Origin: Mycobacteriales bacterium
Lineage (GTDB): Bacteria > Actinomycetota > Actinomycetes > Mycobacteriales > Jatrophihabitantaceae
Reading direction: 5' to 3'
NCBI GenBank assembly: GCA_038207565.1
Contig: JBBQZQ010000009.1
Coordinates: forward strand, 13,128-77,127
DNA length: 64,000 nucleotides
Each line of letters starts with the position of its first letter. Position 1 is the stretch's first letter. The position numbers and the translations under genes are program-made. Below the pieces are notes generated by a model. That model was not told the DNA's origin, did no database searches, and saw only the letters and a list, made by a program, of their open reading frames with translations. Below, one piece after another: positions 40,365-49,400 of this stretch.

Positions 40365-40883
40365 ATGGACCGCGACCGCGACCGCCCCGCTTCGCAACGC
40401 GGCACCGGGACGTCGCGACGCGGTTTCCTCGTCGCCGGGGCCCTCGGTGTCGTGGCGGCCGGGAGCGGGGTCGCCGTGGGCGTGGCCACCACGGGCGACG
40501 ATCCCCTGCCTTTCGTCGAGTCCCCGCAGATCCTGCTCGGTGCCGTTGCTGCCGAGCGAGCGCTGATCGCCGAGCTCGACGCTGCTCGCACCGCCCACCC
40601 CGCCCTGCGGCCGATGTTGGCGCAGCTGCGCGCCGATCACGCGGCCCATTTGAGCGCGCTGCGCGCTGCGGTGGCGCTCGCCGCGCCGGTCCCGAATGCG
40701 TCGGCCGTCGCGTCCCCGCCGCCGGCGCCGGCTCGGCCGGCCAACCGGGCGCGCCTGCGGATACTCGAGCAACGGGCCGCGACCAGGGCCGCCGCCGCGG
40801 CCCTGCAGCTCGGCGGGCGCGATGCCGTCCTGCTCGCGAGCATCGCCGCGTGCGAGGCGACCCACGCCGAGTTGCTGTCGTGA
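40365..40883 (+). CDS. Tat-signal Ala-rich protein (Rv2843-like, ferritin-like/DUF4439-related)
   Basis: Twin-arginine motif SRRGFLVAGALG. An Ala-rich helical body with LRADHAAHLSAL. Alternative starts at TTG 40356 and GTG 40362. Confidence 0.6.
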   Translation: MDRDRDRPASQRGTGTSRRGFLVAGALGVVAAGSGVAVGVATTGDDPLPFVESPQILLGAVAAERALIAELDAARTAHPALRPMLAQLRADHAAHLSALRAAVALAAPVPNASAVASPPPAPARPANRARLRILEQRAATRAAAAALQLGGRDAVLLASIAACEATHAELLS

Positions 40884-41308
40884 ACGCGCTCGTCGAGGCC
40901 TGGCAGGCAGCGCTGGCGGCAGAGCAGCAAGCGGCCTTCGGCTACGGATTGCTGGGCCCGCAGTTGCCTGATTCGCACCGCGAGCTGGCAGGGTCGTGCA
41001 GCTCCGGGCACCACGCGCTGATCGTTTCGACATCGTCGGCTCTGGCGCGCGCCGGACACGCACCGCTCGCCCCGCAGGTCGACTACCCCGCGCTCTACCC
41101 CGTCCACGGGTCGACGGCGGCGAACGCGCTGGCCGTCCGGCTCGAGACCGACTGCGCGGTGGCCTGGCGCTACCTTTATGCGCTCGCGGCGGCGACTGCG
41201 GGCACCGAGGCCACCGCCCGCCGCCAGGACGCGCAAACAGCCCTTACCGCCAGCGCCGTCCGTGCCGTCCGCTGGCGCGGCTCGAGCGTCGCCTTCCCCG
41301 GCATCTGA
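40880..41308 (+). CDS. DUF4439-type ferritin-like Ala-rich protein (Rv2844-like)
   Basis: GTG 40880 overlaps the previous stop (GTGA). AALAAEQQAAFGYGLLGPQL...ALAVRLETDCAVAWRYL resembles DUF4439. Confidence 0.6.
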   Translation: MNALVEAWQAALAAEQQAAFGYGLLGPQLPDSHRELAGSCSSGHHALIVSTSSALARAGHAPLAPQVDYPALYPVHGSTAANALAVRLETDCAVAWRYLYALAAATAGTEATARRQDAQTALTASAVRAVRWRGSSVAFPGI

Positions 41309-41363
41309 CCGACCGTGGTTCCTTACCCCTCCCTCGGGTGGGTAAAGAACCACGATCGGTCAG
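41305..41363. repeat. 59-bp palindromic intergenic element, copy 1 (24-bp arms)
   Basis: Left arm CTGACCGACCGTGGTTCCTTACCC, 11-nt loop, right arm GGGTAAAGAACCACGATCGGTCAG. There are 2 mismatches between the arms, which are G-U compatible on one strand. It shares the core CGATCGTGGTTCTTT..CCC / GGG..AAAGAACCAC(G/A)ATCGG with 51963-52021. Confidence 0.8.
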
Positions 41364-41374
41364 CCGCCGGCGCC

Positions 41375-43357
41375 CTAACCGACCGTTTGCGCCGCCGCCT
41401 CGGTGAACTGCGCAGAGTAAAGGTCGTAGTAGGCGCCGCGATTGTGCAACAGCTCGGTGTGCGTGCCCTGTTCGACGATGCGTCCGTGCTCCATGACCAG
41501 GATCAGGTCGGCGTCGCGGATCGTCGAGAGCCGGTGTGCGACCACGAAGCTGGTGCGGTTCGCCCGCAGCGCGGCGGTCGCGTGCTGGACGAGCAGCTCG
41601 GTACGGGTGTCGACCGCGCTCGTCGCCTCGTCCAGGATCAGCAGTGCCGGGTCGGCGAGGAACGCACGAGCGATCGTGATCAGCTGTCGCTGCCCGGCAC
41701 TGACATTGCCGCTGGCCTCGTCCAGCACGGTGTCGTAGCCGTCGGGAAGTGTCTGCACAAAGCGGTGCACGAACGCGGCCGTCGCGGCCTCGAGGATCTG
41801 CTCGTCGCTGGCGTCCGGGCGGCCGTAGGCGATGTTGTCCCAGATGGTCCCGCCGAAGAGCCACGTGTCCTGCAGCACCATGCCGATGCTGCCCCGCAAC
41901 CGATCACGCTGCATCGCGGTGATGTCGACGCCGTCCAGCGTGATGCGCCCCGAGTCCAGCTCGTAGAAACGCATGATCAGGTTGACCAGGGTGGTCTTGC
42001 CGGCGCCCGTCGGACCGACGATCGCGACGGTGTGCCCAGGCTCGGCGACGAGCGAGAGATCGTCGATGAGCGAGACGTCGGCCCGGTACCGGAACCCTAC
42101 GTGCTCGAATTCCACCCGCCCGACCCGTTTGCGCGGCGCAACTGGGTCGAGCGGATCGGGCGTTTGGTCGGGGGCATCGAGCAGGTCGAACACGCGCTCG
42201 GCCGACGCCACACCGGACTGGAGCAGGTTCGCCATCGAGGCCAGCTGGGTGAGCGGTTGGGTGAACTGCCGCGAGTACTGGATGAACGCCTGCACGTCGC
42301 CGAGGGACATGCTGCCCGATGCCACGCGCAGGCCGCCGACGACCGCGATCGCGACGTAGTTCAGGTTTCCGATGAACATCATCGTCGGCATGATGATGCC
42401 GCTGATGAACTGGGCGCCGAAGCCGGCCTGGAACAATTCCTCGTTGGTCGCTTCGAAGCGTTCCTCGACGTCGAGCCGGCGGCCGAACACCCGGACGAGC
42501 TCATGTCCCGAGAACGACTCCTCGATCTGCGCATTCAGCTGACCCGTGGCGCGCCACTGCGCGATGAACTTCCCCTGCGAGCGTTTGGCGATCGCCTTCG
42601 TCGCCAGGATCGAGACCGGCACCGTGACGAGCGCGATGAGTGCCAGCAGCGGCGAGATGATCACCATCATGGCAACGACGCCCACCACAGTCAGCAACGA
42701 CGTGAGGAGCTGGCCGAGGGTCTGCTGCAGGCTCTGCGAGATGTTGTCGATGTCGTTGGTGACCCGGCTCAACATCTCCCCGCGCGGCTGCGCGTCGACA
42801 TAGGGCAGCGGCAGGCGGTTCAGCTTGTCCTCGACGTCGGAACGCAATCTGTTGACGGTCTGCTGCACGACGTCGTTCAGCAGGTACCCCTGGAGCCACA
42901 TCAGCACCGACGCGCCGAGATAGAGGACAAGCGCGAGCATCAGGACGTCGGCGAGAGCCGCGAAGTCGATTCCGGTACCCGGTACGGCATGTGAGCGCAG
43001 CAACACCTCACCCAGATTGTCGTTGCCCTCGGCGCGCGCCCGCTGGGCCGCCTGCTCCAGCGTCGTGCCCGACGGCAGGTTCTTGCCCAGCACCCCATTG
43101 AAGATCACGTCGGTTGCGCGTCCGAGCAGCCGCGGCCCGATCACCGACAAGACCACGCTGCCCACGCTCAACAGCAGGACCATGATCACCTGCAGCCGGG
43201 CCGGGCTCAGGCGGGTGATCAGCCGGCGTGCCGAAGGCCCGAAGGTCATCGCCTTCTCGGTCGGCATCGCCGCGCCCATCCACGGCGGACCCCCACCGCG
43301 ACGGGCTGCGCCGCCCACGTCCGCAAGACGCTGCGGCACGACCTTTGCGTCACTCAA
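41375..43357 (-). CDS. ABC exporter, fused permease/ATPase subunit (heterodimer partner 2)
   Basis: Six TM segments then an NBD (GPTGAGKTTL, VSAGQRQL, LILDEATSAVD). Start placed at TTG 43357 (LSDAKVVPQRL...), overlapping the upstream stop as TTGA. The in-frame track ORF to 44659 is an artefact. Confidence 0.8.
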   Translation of the reverse strand: MSDAKVVPQRLADVGGAARRGGGPPWMGAAMPTEKAMTFGPSARRLITRLSPARLQVIMVLLLSVGSVVLSVIGPRLLGRATDVIFNGVLGKNLPSGTTLEQAAQRARAEGNDNLGEVLLRSHAVPGTGIDFAALADVLMLALVLYLGASVLMWLQGYLLNDVVQQTVNRLRSDVEDKLNRLPLPYVDAQPRGEMLSRVTNDIDNISQSLQQTLGQLLTSLLTVVGVVAMMVIISPLLALIALVTVPVSILATKAIAKRSQGKFIAQWRATGQLNAQIEESFSGHELVRVFGRRLDVEERFEATNEELFQAGFGAQFISGIIMPTMMFIGNLNYVAIAVVGGLRVASGSMSLGDVQAFIQYSRQFTQPLTQLASMANLLQSGVASAERVFDLLDAPDQTPDPLDPVAPRKRVGRVEFEHVGFRYRADVSLIDDLSLVAEPGHTVAIVGPTGAGKTTLVNLIMRFYELDSGRITLDGVDITAMQRDRLRGSIGMVLQDTWLFGGTIWDNIAYGRPDASDEQILEAATAAFVHRFVQTLPDGYDTVLDEASGNVSAGQRQLITIARAFLADPALLILDEATSAVDTRTELLVQHATAALRANRTSFVVAHRLSTIRDADLILVMEHGRIVEQGTHTELLHNRGAYYDLYSAQFTEAAAQTVG

Positions 43358-45084
43358 GCTGCCTCCACAGCTAGCTGAGACTCGACGATTTCGACGTAGG
43401 TCGGACACGTCTGCAGCAGCTCGTCGTGGCTGCCGACGCCGACTACCCGCCCCGCCTCGAGCACCACGATCTGGTCGGCGTCGACGATTGTGGAGATGCG
43501 CGAGGCGACGACGAGGACGGCGGCCTCGCTGGTGACCGGACGCAACGCGGCTCGCAGTCGCGCATCCGTGCCTAGATCGAGCGCTGAGAACGACTCGTCG
43601 AACAGATAGATCTCGGGACGGTGCACCAGCGCCCGGGCGATCGCAAGCCGCTGTCGCTGACCGCCGGACACGCTCGATCCGCCCTGCGCAATGGGCGAGT
43701 CGAGACCCAGCGGCATGGCCGCGACAAAATCGCGCGCCTGCGCGACAGTCAGCGCCTCCCACAGCTCGTCGTCGCTCGCGTCGGGGTTGCCGTAGCGCAG
43801 GTTGCTGGCGATCGTCCCGCTGAACAGGTAAGCCTGCTGTGGCACCAGGCCGATCAAGCGCGCCAACAGGTCCGGGTGGAGCCGGCGGACGTCGACTCCG
43901 TCGACCAGCACCGCGCCGGCGGTGGCGTCGAACAGCCGCGGGACGAGCGAGATCAGCGTGGACTTGCCCGATCCGGTGCTGCCGACGAAGGCGGTCGTGG
44001 TCCCCGGCTCGACCCGCACGTCGATGTCGCAGAGCACCGCCTCCGACGCCCCCGGGTACCGGAAGCCGACGTCGCGGAACTCGACCTGGGCTCGCACGCC
44101 GCTCGGCGCGACGGGGTCGCGCGGCGGCTGCACCGAGGTCTCGGTGTCGAGCACCTCCTGGATGCGCTCGGCGCACACCGCCGCGCGGGGGATCATCATG
44201 AGCATGAACGTTGCCATCATGACCGACATGAGGATCTGCGCCAGATAGGTCAGGAAGGCCGTCAGCGATCCGATCGGCATGTGGCCGTCGTCCACCCGCG
44301 ATGCGCCGAACCACAGCACCGCGACGCTGGAGATGTTGAGCACCAGCAGGACGGTCGGGAACAGCAACATCATCAGTCGCCCGGCGCGGATACCGGTAGC
44401 GCTGAGGTCGTCGTTCGCGAGGGCGAAGCGGTCGGTCTCGCGCCGCTCGCGGACGAAGGCCCGGACGACACGGATACCTGCGATCTGCTCGCGCAGCACC
44501 CGGTTCACCTCGTCGATGCGGGTCTGCATGGCGCGGAACTGGGGCACCAGGCGCCGCACGATGGCAGCGATGAGCAGGGCGAGCACCGGCACGCTCACGC
44601 CGAGCAGCCACGACAGGCCGAGGTCCTCGCGCAGCGCCATGATGATGCCGCCGACGCACATGATCGGCGCCCCGATCATCAGCGTGCAGGCCATCACGAC
44701 CAGCATCTGCACCTGTTGGACGTCGTTGGTGTTGCGGGTGATCAATGACGGGGCGCCGAACTGGGCGACCTCGCGGGCACTGAAGCCGCCGACCCGGCTG
44801 AAGATCTCTGCACGCAGATCGCGTCCGAACGACATCGCCGTGCGGGCGCCGAAGTACACAGCGACCACCGATGTGCCGATCTGGACCAGACTGATCAGCA
44901 ACATCCAGGCACCGATGCGCATGATGTAACCGGTGTCACCACGGGCGACGCCGTTGTCGATGATGTCGGCGTTCAGGCTCGGGAGGTACAGCGCGGCGAG
45001 CGTGCTGATCAGTTGCAGCCCTGCGACACAGCCGAGCCACCCGCGGTACGGGCGCAGGTGGTCGCGCAGGACCCGGATCAGCAC
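43354..45084 (-). CDS. ABC exporter, fused permease/ATPase subunit (heterodimer partner 1)
   Basis: 576 aa. TM domain then NBD (GSTGSGKSTL, VSGGQRQRLAIARAL, YLFDESFSALD). Confidence 0.85.
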   Translation of the reverse strand: MLIRVLRDHLRPYRGWLGCVAGLQLISTLAALYLPSLNADIIDNGVARGDTGYIMRIGAWMLLISLVQIGTSVVAVYFGARTAMSFGRDLRAEIFSRVGGFSAREVAQFGAPSLITRNTNDVQQVQMLVVMACTLMIGAPIMCVGGIIMALREDLGLSWLLGVSVPVLALLIAAIVRRLVPQFRAMQTRIDEVNRVLREQIAGIRVVRAFVRERRETDRFALANDDLSATGIRAGRLMMLLFPTVLLVLNISSVAVLWFGASRVDDGHMPIGSLTAFLTYLAQILMSVMMATFMLMMIPRAAVCAERIQEVLDTETSVQPPRDPVAPSGVRAQVEFRDVGFRYPGASEAVLCDIDVRVEPGTTTAFVGSTGSGKSTLISLVPRLFDATAGAVLVDGVDVRRLHPDLLARLIGLVPQQAYLFSGTIASNLRYGNPDASDDELWEALTVAQARDFVAAMPLGLDSPIAQGGSSVSGGQRQRLAIARALVHRPEIYLFDESFSALDLGTDARLRAALRPVTSEAAVLVVASRISTIVDADQIVVLEAGRVVGVGSHDELLQTCPTYVEIVESQLAVEAA

Positions 45085-45133
45085 GCCCCCCAGAATGCCT
45101 CACCCTGCTGACACATTTGCGCGCAGTTCGCTG

Positions 45134-45841
45134 TCAGCTGCGGCGATGCCAGGCATCCACGTGACCGAGGACGTCGGCCAGGCGCTCGACCACAGCGTCC
45201 GGTTCGCCGATCAGGGGGCCGACCTGGCTGGCTGGGATGTCGCTGTGCGGGATCAGGATCGCGCGCATGCCCACCGCCTTGGCGCCGTGGATGTCATCAA
45301 AGATGCGATCGCCGACGAACACCGCACGGGACGGGTCTTCGACGCCGACCGCGTCGAGAACGGCGCGAAATGCCTGCGGATGTGGTTTGGTCCAGGCGAT
45401 GTCGGACGTGTAAACGGCGCCGTCGATGAGGTGGGCGATCCCGTCGCGGGCGAAGATGCGTTCGTGCTCGGTGCGCGGCCAGATCGTGTTCGACAGGACA
45501 CCGATCCGGATACCGCGCTCGCGCAGCCCTTCGAACAGCGGCGGGACGTCGGGGTCGAGGAACGTGTGCGGTTCCCACCACTCATGGAATGCCCGCAGCA
45601 TCCCCGCGGTGTGCTCGACGCCAGCAGAGGCGAATATTTCGGCCAGCGTTGCGCTGCGATGCTCGTCGCGGCTGCGGACCCACACCGCCTGCTCGGCCTC
45701 GAGCAGGCGATGGGCGAGGTCGTCGTCGCCGACGGCTGCAAGCCACGCCTGCACCGCGTCCACCGTGTGCCAGGGAGTGAGCGTGCCACCCCAGTCGAAG
45801 ATGACCGCGTCGATGGTGTCCACAACCGACAGTTTGCCCAC
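45134..45841 (-). CDS. HAD-superfamily hydrolase
   Basis: DAVIFDWGGTL (motif I, DxD-type), LSNT (motif II), and VFVGDRIFDDIHGAKAVGM (motifs III/IV). GTG start. Confidence 0.8.
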   Translation of the reverse strand: MGKLSVVDTIDAVIFDWGGTLTPWHTVDAVQAWLAAVGDDDLAHRLLEAEQAVWVRSRDEHRSATLAEIFASAGVEHTAGMLRAFHEWWEPHTFLDPDVPPLFEGLRERGIRIGVLSNTIWPRTEHERIFARDGIAHLIDGAVYTSDIAWTKPHPQAFRAVLDAVGVEDPSRAVFVGDRIFDDIHGAKAVGMRAILIPHSDIPASQVGPLIGEPDAVVERLADVLGHVDAWHRRS

Positions 45842-45860
45842 GAGGTCCGACGCCGGCGCC

Positions 45861-45957
45861 GGAACACAGGTCGGAACACACAGAGTCAGAACAGACAGAA
45901 CTCGGAACAGACAGAGTCGGAACAGACAGAGTCAGAACAGACAGAGTCAGAACAGCA
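45861..45957. repeat. About 6 x 15-nt tandem repeat linking the GNAT and HAD genes
   Basis: Units GTC(A/G)GAACA(G/C)ACAGA start at 45870, 45885, 45900 (16 nt), 45916, 45931 and 45946. The last unit contains the GNAT stop codon. Confidence 0.85.
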
Positions 45958-46816
45958 CGGTGGCAAGTGTGGCGACCTGCCGCATGCCGAGCCGGTCGTA
46001 CACGCGGCGCGCGGCCAGGTTGTACTCGTTGACGTAAAGGCTGGCGCTGGGTGCGAGCGTGAGGGCGTGCTCGAGTACCGATGCCAGCGCGGCGGTGCCG
46101 ATGCCCCGGCCCCGCAGGTTCGGACGCACCCAGACGCCCTGCACCTGGCAGGTGTGCGCCGACACTGCGCCGATGTCGGCCTTGAACACGACGTTGCCCT
46201 GGGCGTCGAAGACCGCGAACGCCCGGCCGGCATCGATGAGCCCGCTGACTCGACGGCGGTAGGCGGCCGGGCTGACTGTCGCGAGCGGGGACACCCCGAG
46301 CTCCTCGGTGAACATGGAAATGGCGGCCGGCAGGTACTGGTCGATCTCGTCGACGCGGACGGCACGCGCGTCGGGATCACCCTGCACGGCAGGCCCCTCC
46401 GGGCCGATTGTCAGCAGGGGCTGGTCGTCACGCACGGAACGCGGCGGGCCCCACGTCGGTTCGAGCACATGCCACATGGCGCGCACGGCCTCGGACCGGC
46501 CCACGACGGAGGTGCAGACGCGACGCTGCCGCGCGACGGACCCCGCGAGCTCGGCCCACGCCGACTCCTCGCCACCCACCGGGAGCAGGTTGCCGCCATG
46601 GAACACGGCCGCGTGCAGTCCGTGGGCATCGCACAGTCCGAAGGTCGCTCCGCCGAGGCGTCCGACGGCGAGGGAAGGGATCGCCCGCAGCCGCCCGGCG
46701 AGAACGGCGTTGACGTGCGGGTCGGTATCGATGAGGGTGCGCAGTCCGCCCAGATGACGGTCGTCGAGCTGCAGGACCTGCGCCGGTCGCCGGCGCGCAG
46801 CGTCCAGCGTGGTCAC
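45947..46816 (-). CDS. GNAT-family N-acetyltransferase with an N-terminal DUF4081-like domain (Rv2851c-like)
   Basis: 289 aa. C-terminal GNAT motif A VWVRPNLRGRGIGTAALASVLEHAL...NLAARRVYDRLGM. Confidence 0.75.
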   Translation of the reverse strand: MTTLDAARRRPAQVLQLDDRHLGGLRTLIDTDPHVNAVLAGRLRAIPSLAVGRLGGATFGLCDAHGLHAAVFHGGNLLPVGGEESAWAELAGSVARQRRVCTSVVGRSEAVRAMWHVLEPTWGPPRSVRDDQPLLTIGPEGPAVQGDPDARAVRVDEIDQYLPAAISMFTEELGVSPLATVSPAAYRRRVSGLIDAGRAFAVFDAQGNVVFKADIGAVSAHTCQVQGVWVRPNLRGRGIGTAALASVLEHALTLAPSASLYVNEYNLAARRVYDRLGMRQVATLATVLF

Positions 46817-46889
46817 CTCGGCAACGGTACCCGCGCAACGTCAGGGAAAACCCGGCCCGCTACCGGGCGCCGGCACACGCGCGGCTGGG

Positions 46890-47096
46890 TCAACGGCCAC
46901 GCCCGGTCTCCTGCTGCAGCTCGTCGATGCGCTCGCTGGCCTCGGCCTTGGTCAGCTCGGCGGGGACCTCTTCGCCCGCTTCCTGGGCGAGGGTGTGCAA
47001 GTAGGACTGCTGCGGACCGGTCATCGGCTCGCCGCCGGTGACCCACTGGTCGGTGGGCCGCTCGGGCTTCGGTGTGACGTCGTCGGCGCTCGTCAT
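46890..47096 (-). CDS. DUF3072 family protein
   Basis: Start ATG 47096. MTGPQQSYLHTLAQEAGEEVPAELTKAEASERIDELQ is the DUF3072 signature as recalled. Confidence 0.65.
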   Translation of the reverse strand: MTSADDVTPKPERPTDQWVTGGEPMTGPQQSYLHTLAQEAGEEVPAELTKAEASERIDELQQETGRGR

Positions 47097-47238
47097 AGCT
47101 GCTCTTTTATCGAATGTGTGTACGACGCAACCGTACCCGGCCGTGACGCGGACCAACCCGGCACGGGGCAAGCACCACCCGCGGATCTAGGGGATTCTCC
47201 CGACAGACATCCGGGCTGCGGGCTGCCATCGTGGGTCC

Positions 47239-48210
47239 GTGGCGATGCACACGCTCGAGCGCACGCTGCCGGAGGCTCCCCCGAGCACCCGGCCGCCGGC
47301 GCACTCCGCTGCGCTGCTCAGCGGGGTGTTGCTGCTTGGCTGTGCCGGCGTCCTCCTCGTTGAGCTGCGCGACGTGTCCTTCGGGCAGCTCTTCGGCGAC
47401 GTCCGGGTGGGCTGGCTGTTGCTCGCAGTGGCGGCGTTCGTGGTGTCGCTCGGTGCTGCCGCTCACAATCTCTCCGCCTTCGCGCCGGTTCGGCTGCGCG
47501 CGGTCGACAACATGCGGGCCCAGCTCGCAGTCGGCGCCCTTCGCATCGTCGCGCCGTCGGCCGTCAGCACACCTGCGATCGGCGCCCGCTACCTCACCCT
47601 CAGCGGGTTGGCGCTCGCCGAGTCGCTCACCGTCGTCGCCACGTCCCAGGCTGCGCAGCTGATCATGACCGTCGTGGTCGTCGCCGCGATCGCAGGCGCC
47701 GGCTCGTCCGCCTTCCCCCTGCCGGACGCGCGCACCACCGCGCTGATCGCCGCCGGAACCGCCGTCCTGCTCACGACCGCGATCGTGGTGGGCCGCCGCT
47801 CAGCGGCCGTCCACCGTGCGCTGGGCGCTTCGGCCGACGCCGGACGCACCGTTGCCGCTCATCTGCGCGAGCGCCCGATGCGGGTGCTGACCGGGCTGGG
47901 CGCGTCGGCGGGGCTCACCCTGGCGCATGTGACCGCATTCGCCTGCTGCGTCCAGGCGGCGGGCGGCGACGCCAGCCTGCTGGCACTCGCCGCCGTCTAC
48001 CTGGGTGCCGCGACTGCCGGTTCGCTGATCCCCACACCGGGCGGCGTGGGTGCCGTCGAGGCTGCGTTGGTGTCCGGGCTGGTCGCGGCGGGCCTGCCGG
48101 TGGCGACGGCCACCGCGGCCGCCCTGCTCACCCGGCTGGTCACGGTGTGGGTGCCGGCGCTGCCCGGATGGTGGGCGCTGCGCTCCCTGCGCCGCGACGG
48201 CCTGCTCTGA
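47239..48210 (+). CDS. UPF0104 / lysylphosphatidylglycerol-synthase-TM-domain (flippase-like) membrane protein
   Basis: 323 aa, about 8 TM segments. C-terminal PTPGGVGAVEAALVSGL motif, typical of PF03706. Confidence 0.65.
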   Translation: MAMHTLERTLPEAPPSTRPPAHSAALLSGVLLLGCAGVLLVELRDVSFGQLFGDVRVGWLLLAVAAFVVSLGAAAHNLSAFAPVRLRAVDNMRAQLAVGALRIVAPSAVSTPAIGARYLTLSGLALAESLTVVATSQAAQLIMTVVVVAAIAGAGSSAFPLPDARTTALIAAGTAVLLTTAIVVGRRSAAVHRALGASADAGRTVAAHLRERPMRVLTGLGASAGLTLAHVTAFACCVQAAGGDASLLALAAVYLGAATAGSLIPTPGGVGAVEAALVSGLVAAGLPVATATAAALLTRLVTVWVPALPGWWALRSLRRDGLL

Positions 48211-48237
48211 CGGCGGCCGGTGCGGCTTCGAACGAGC

Positions 48238-49392
48238 TCAGGCGATCGAGACGGTGGGTTCGCCGGACGGCATCCCGGCGTCGCCCATCTCTTCGGCCAT
48301 CCGCAGCGCCTCTTCGATGAGGGTTTCCACGATCTGCGATTCCGGGACGGTCTTGATGACCTCGCCGCGCACGAAAATCTGACCTTTCCCGTTGCCCGAC
48401 GCGACGCCGAGATCGGCCTCGCGCGCCTCCCCCGGGCCGTTCACGACGCAGCCCATGACCGCGACGCGCAGTGGCACCTCGATGCCCTCGAGCCCGGCGG
48501 TCACCTTGTCGGCGAGGGTGTACACGTCCACCTGCGCGCGTCCACACGACGGGCAGGAAACAATCTCCAGGCGGCGCTGGCGCAGGTTGAGCGACTCGAG
48601 GATGGCGAGGCCCACCTTGACTTCTTCGACCGGCGGGGCGGACAGCGAGACCCGGATGGTGTCGCCGATCCCACGCGAGAGCAGTGCTCCGAACGCGACG
48701 GAGGACTTGATGGTGCCCTGGAACGTCGGGCCGGCCTCGGTGACGCCGAGGTGCAACGGGTAGTCGCACTGCTCGGCGAGCTGCTCGTAGGCCTTGACCA
48801 TGACGACGGGGTCATTGTGTTTGACCGAGATCTTGAATTCGCGGAACCCGTGCTCCTCGAACAGCGACGCCTCCCAGAGGGCGGATTCGACGAGCGCCTC
48901 GGGTGTGGCCTTTCCATACTTCTGCAGCAGCCGCTTGTCCAGGGACCCGGCGTTCACCCCGATGCGCAGCGAGACACCGGCATCGGCCGCAGCCCGGGCG
49001 ATCTCGCCGACCTTGTCGTCGAAGGCCTTGATGTTGCCGGGGTTCACCCGGACCGCGGCGCAGCCCGCGTCGATGGCCGCGAACACGTACTTCGGCTGGA
49101 AGTGGATGTCCGCGATCACCGGGATCTGCGACTTCGTGGCGATGGCCGGCAATGCTTCGGCGTCGTCGGCGGACGGGACCGCCACGCGCACGATGTCGCA
49201 GCCGGTCGCAGTGAGCTCGGCGATCTGTTGCAGCGTGGCGTTGATGTCGGAAGTGAGCGTGGTGGTCATCGACTGCACCGACACCTGCGCGTCCCCGCCG
49301 ACGAACACGGAGCCCACCTTGATCTGACGGGTCGTCCTGCGGGGGGTGAGGACGGCAGGGGGCGGGGCGGGCATTCCGAGCGAGACGGCCAT
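48238..49392 (-). CDS. ispG: 4-hydroxy-3-methylbut-2-en-1-yl diphosphate synthase (flavodoxin)
   Basis: Start ATG 49392. [28 protein letters not shown]..., VSCPSCGR, and the GCVVNGPGE Fe-S ligand motifs. Confidence 0.93.
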   Translation of the reverse strand: MAVSLGMPAPPPAVLTPRRTTRQIKVGSVFVGGDAQVSVQSMTTTLTSDINATLQQIAELTATGCDIVRVAVPSADDAEALPAIATKSQIPVIADIHFQPKYVFAAIDAGCAAVRVNPGNIKAFDDKVGEIARAAADAGVSLRIGVNAGSLDKRLLQKYGKATPEALVESALWEASLFEEHGFREFKISVKHNDPVVMVKAYEQLAEQCDYPLHLGVTEAGPTFQGTIKSSVAFGALLSRGIGDTIRVSLSAPPVEEVKVGLAILESLNLRQRRLEIVSCPSCGRAQVDVYTLADKVTAGLEGIEVPLRVAVMGCVVNGPGEAREADLGVASGNGKGQIFVRGEVIKTVPESQIVETLIEEALRMAEEMGDAGMPSGEPTVSIA

Positions 49393-49400
49393 GCGGCCCA

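Noticed and set aside
39818-40879. Upstream part of the 496-aa plus-strand ORF 39818..41308
   Set aside because: It is antisense to rimP and, in another frame, overlaps the Tat-signal gene. Only the last 142 codons (40880..41308) look like a real DUF4439-type gene.
41375-44659. 1094-aa single ORF covering both ABC exporter genes
   Set aside because: The part upstream of 43357 overlaps the partner gene (43354..45084), which lies in a different frame and carries its own TM and NBD motifs. The extra sequence is Arg/Pro-rich nonsense. A two-gene heterodimeric exporter with a TTGA overlap is the better model.
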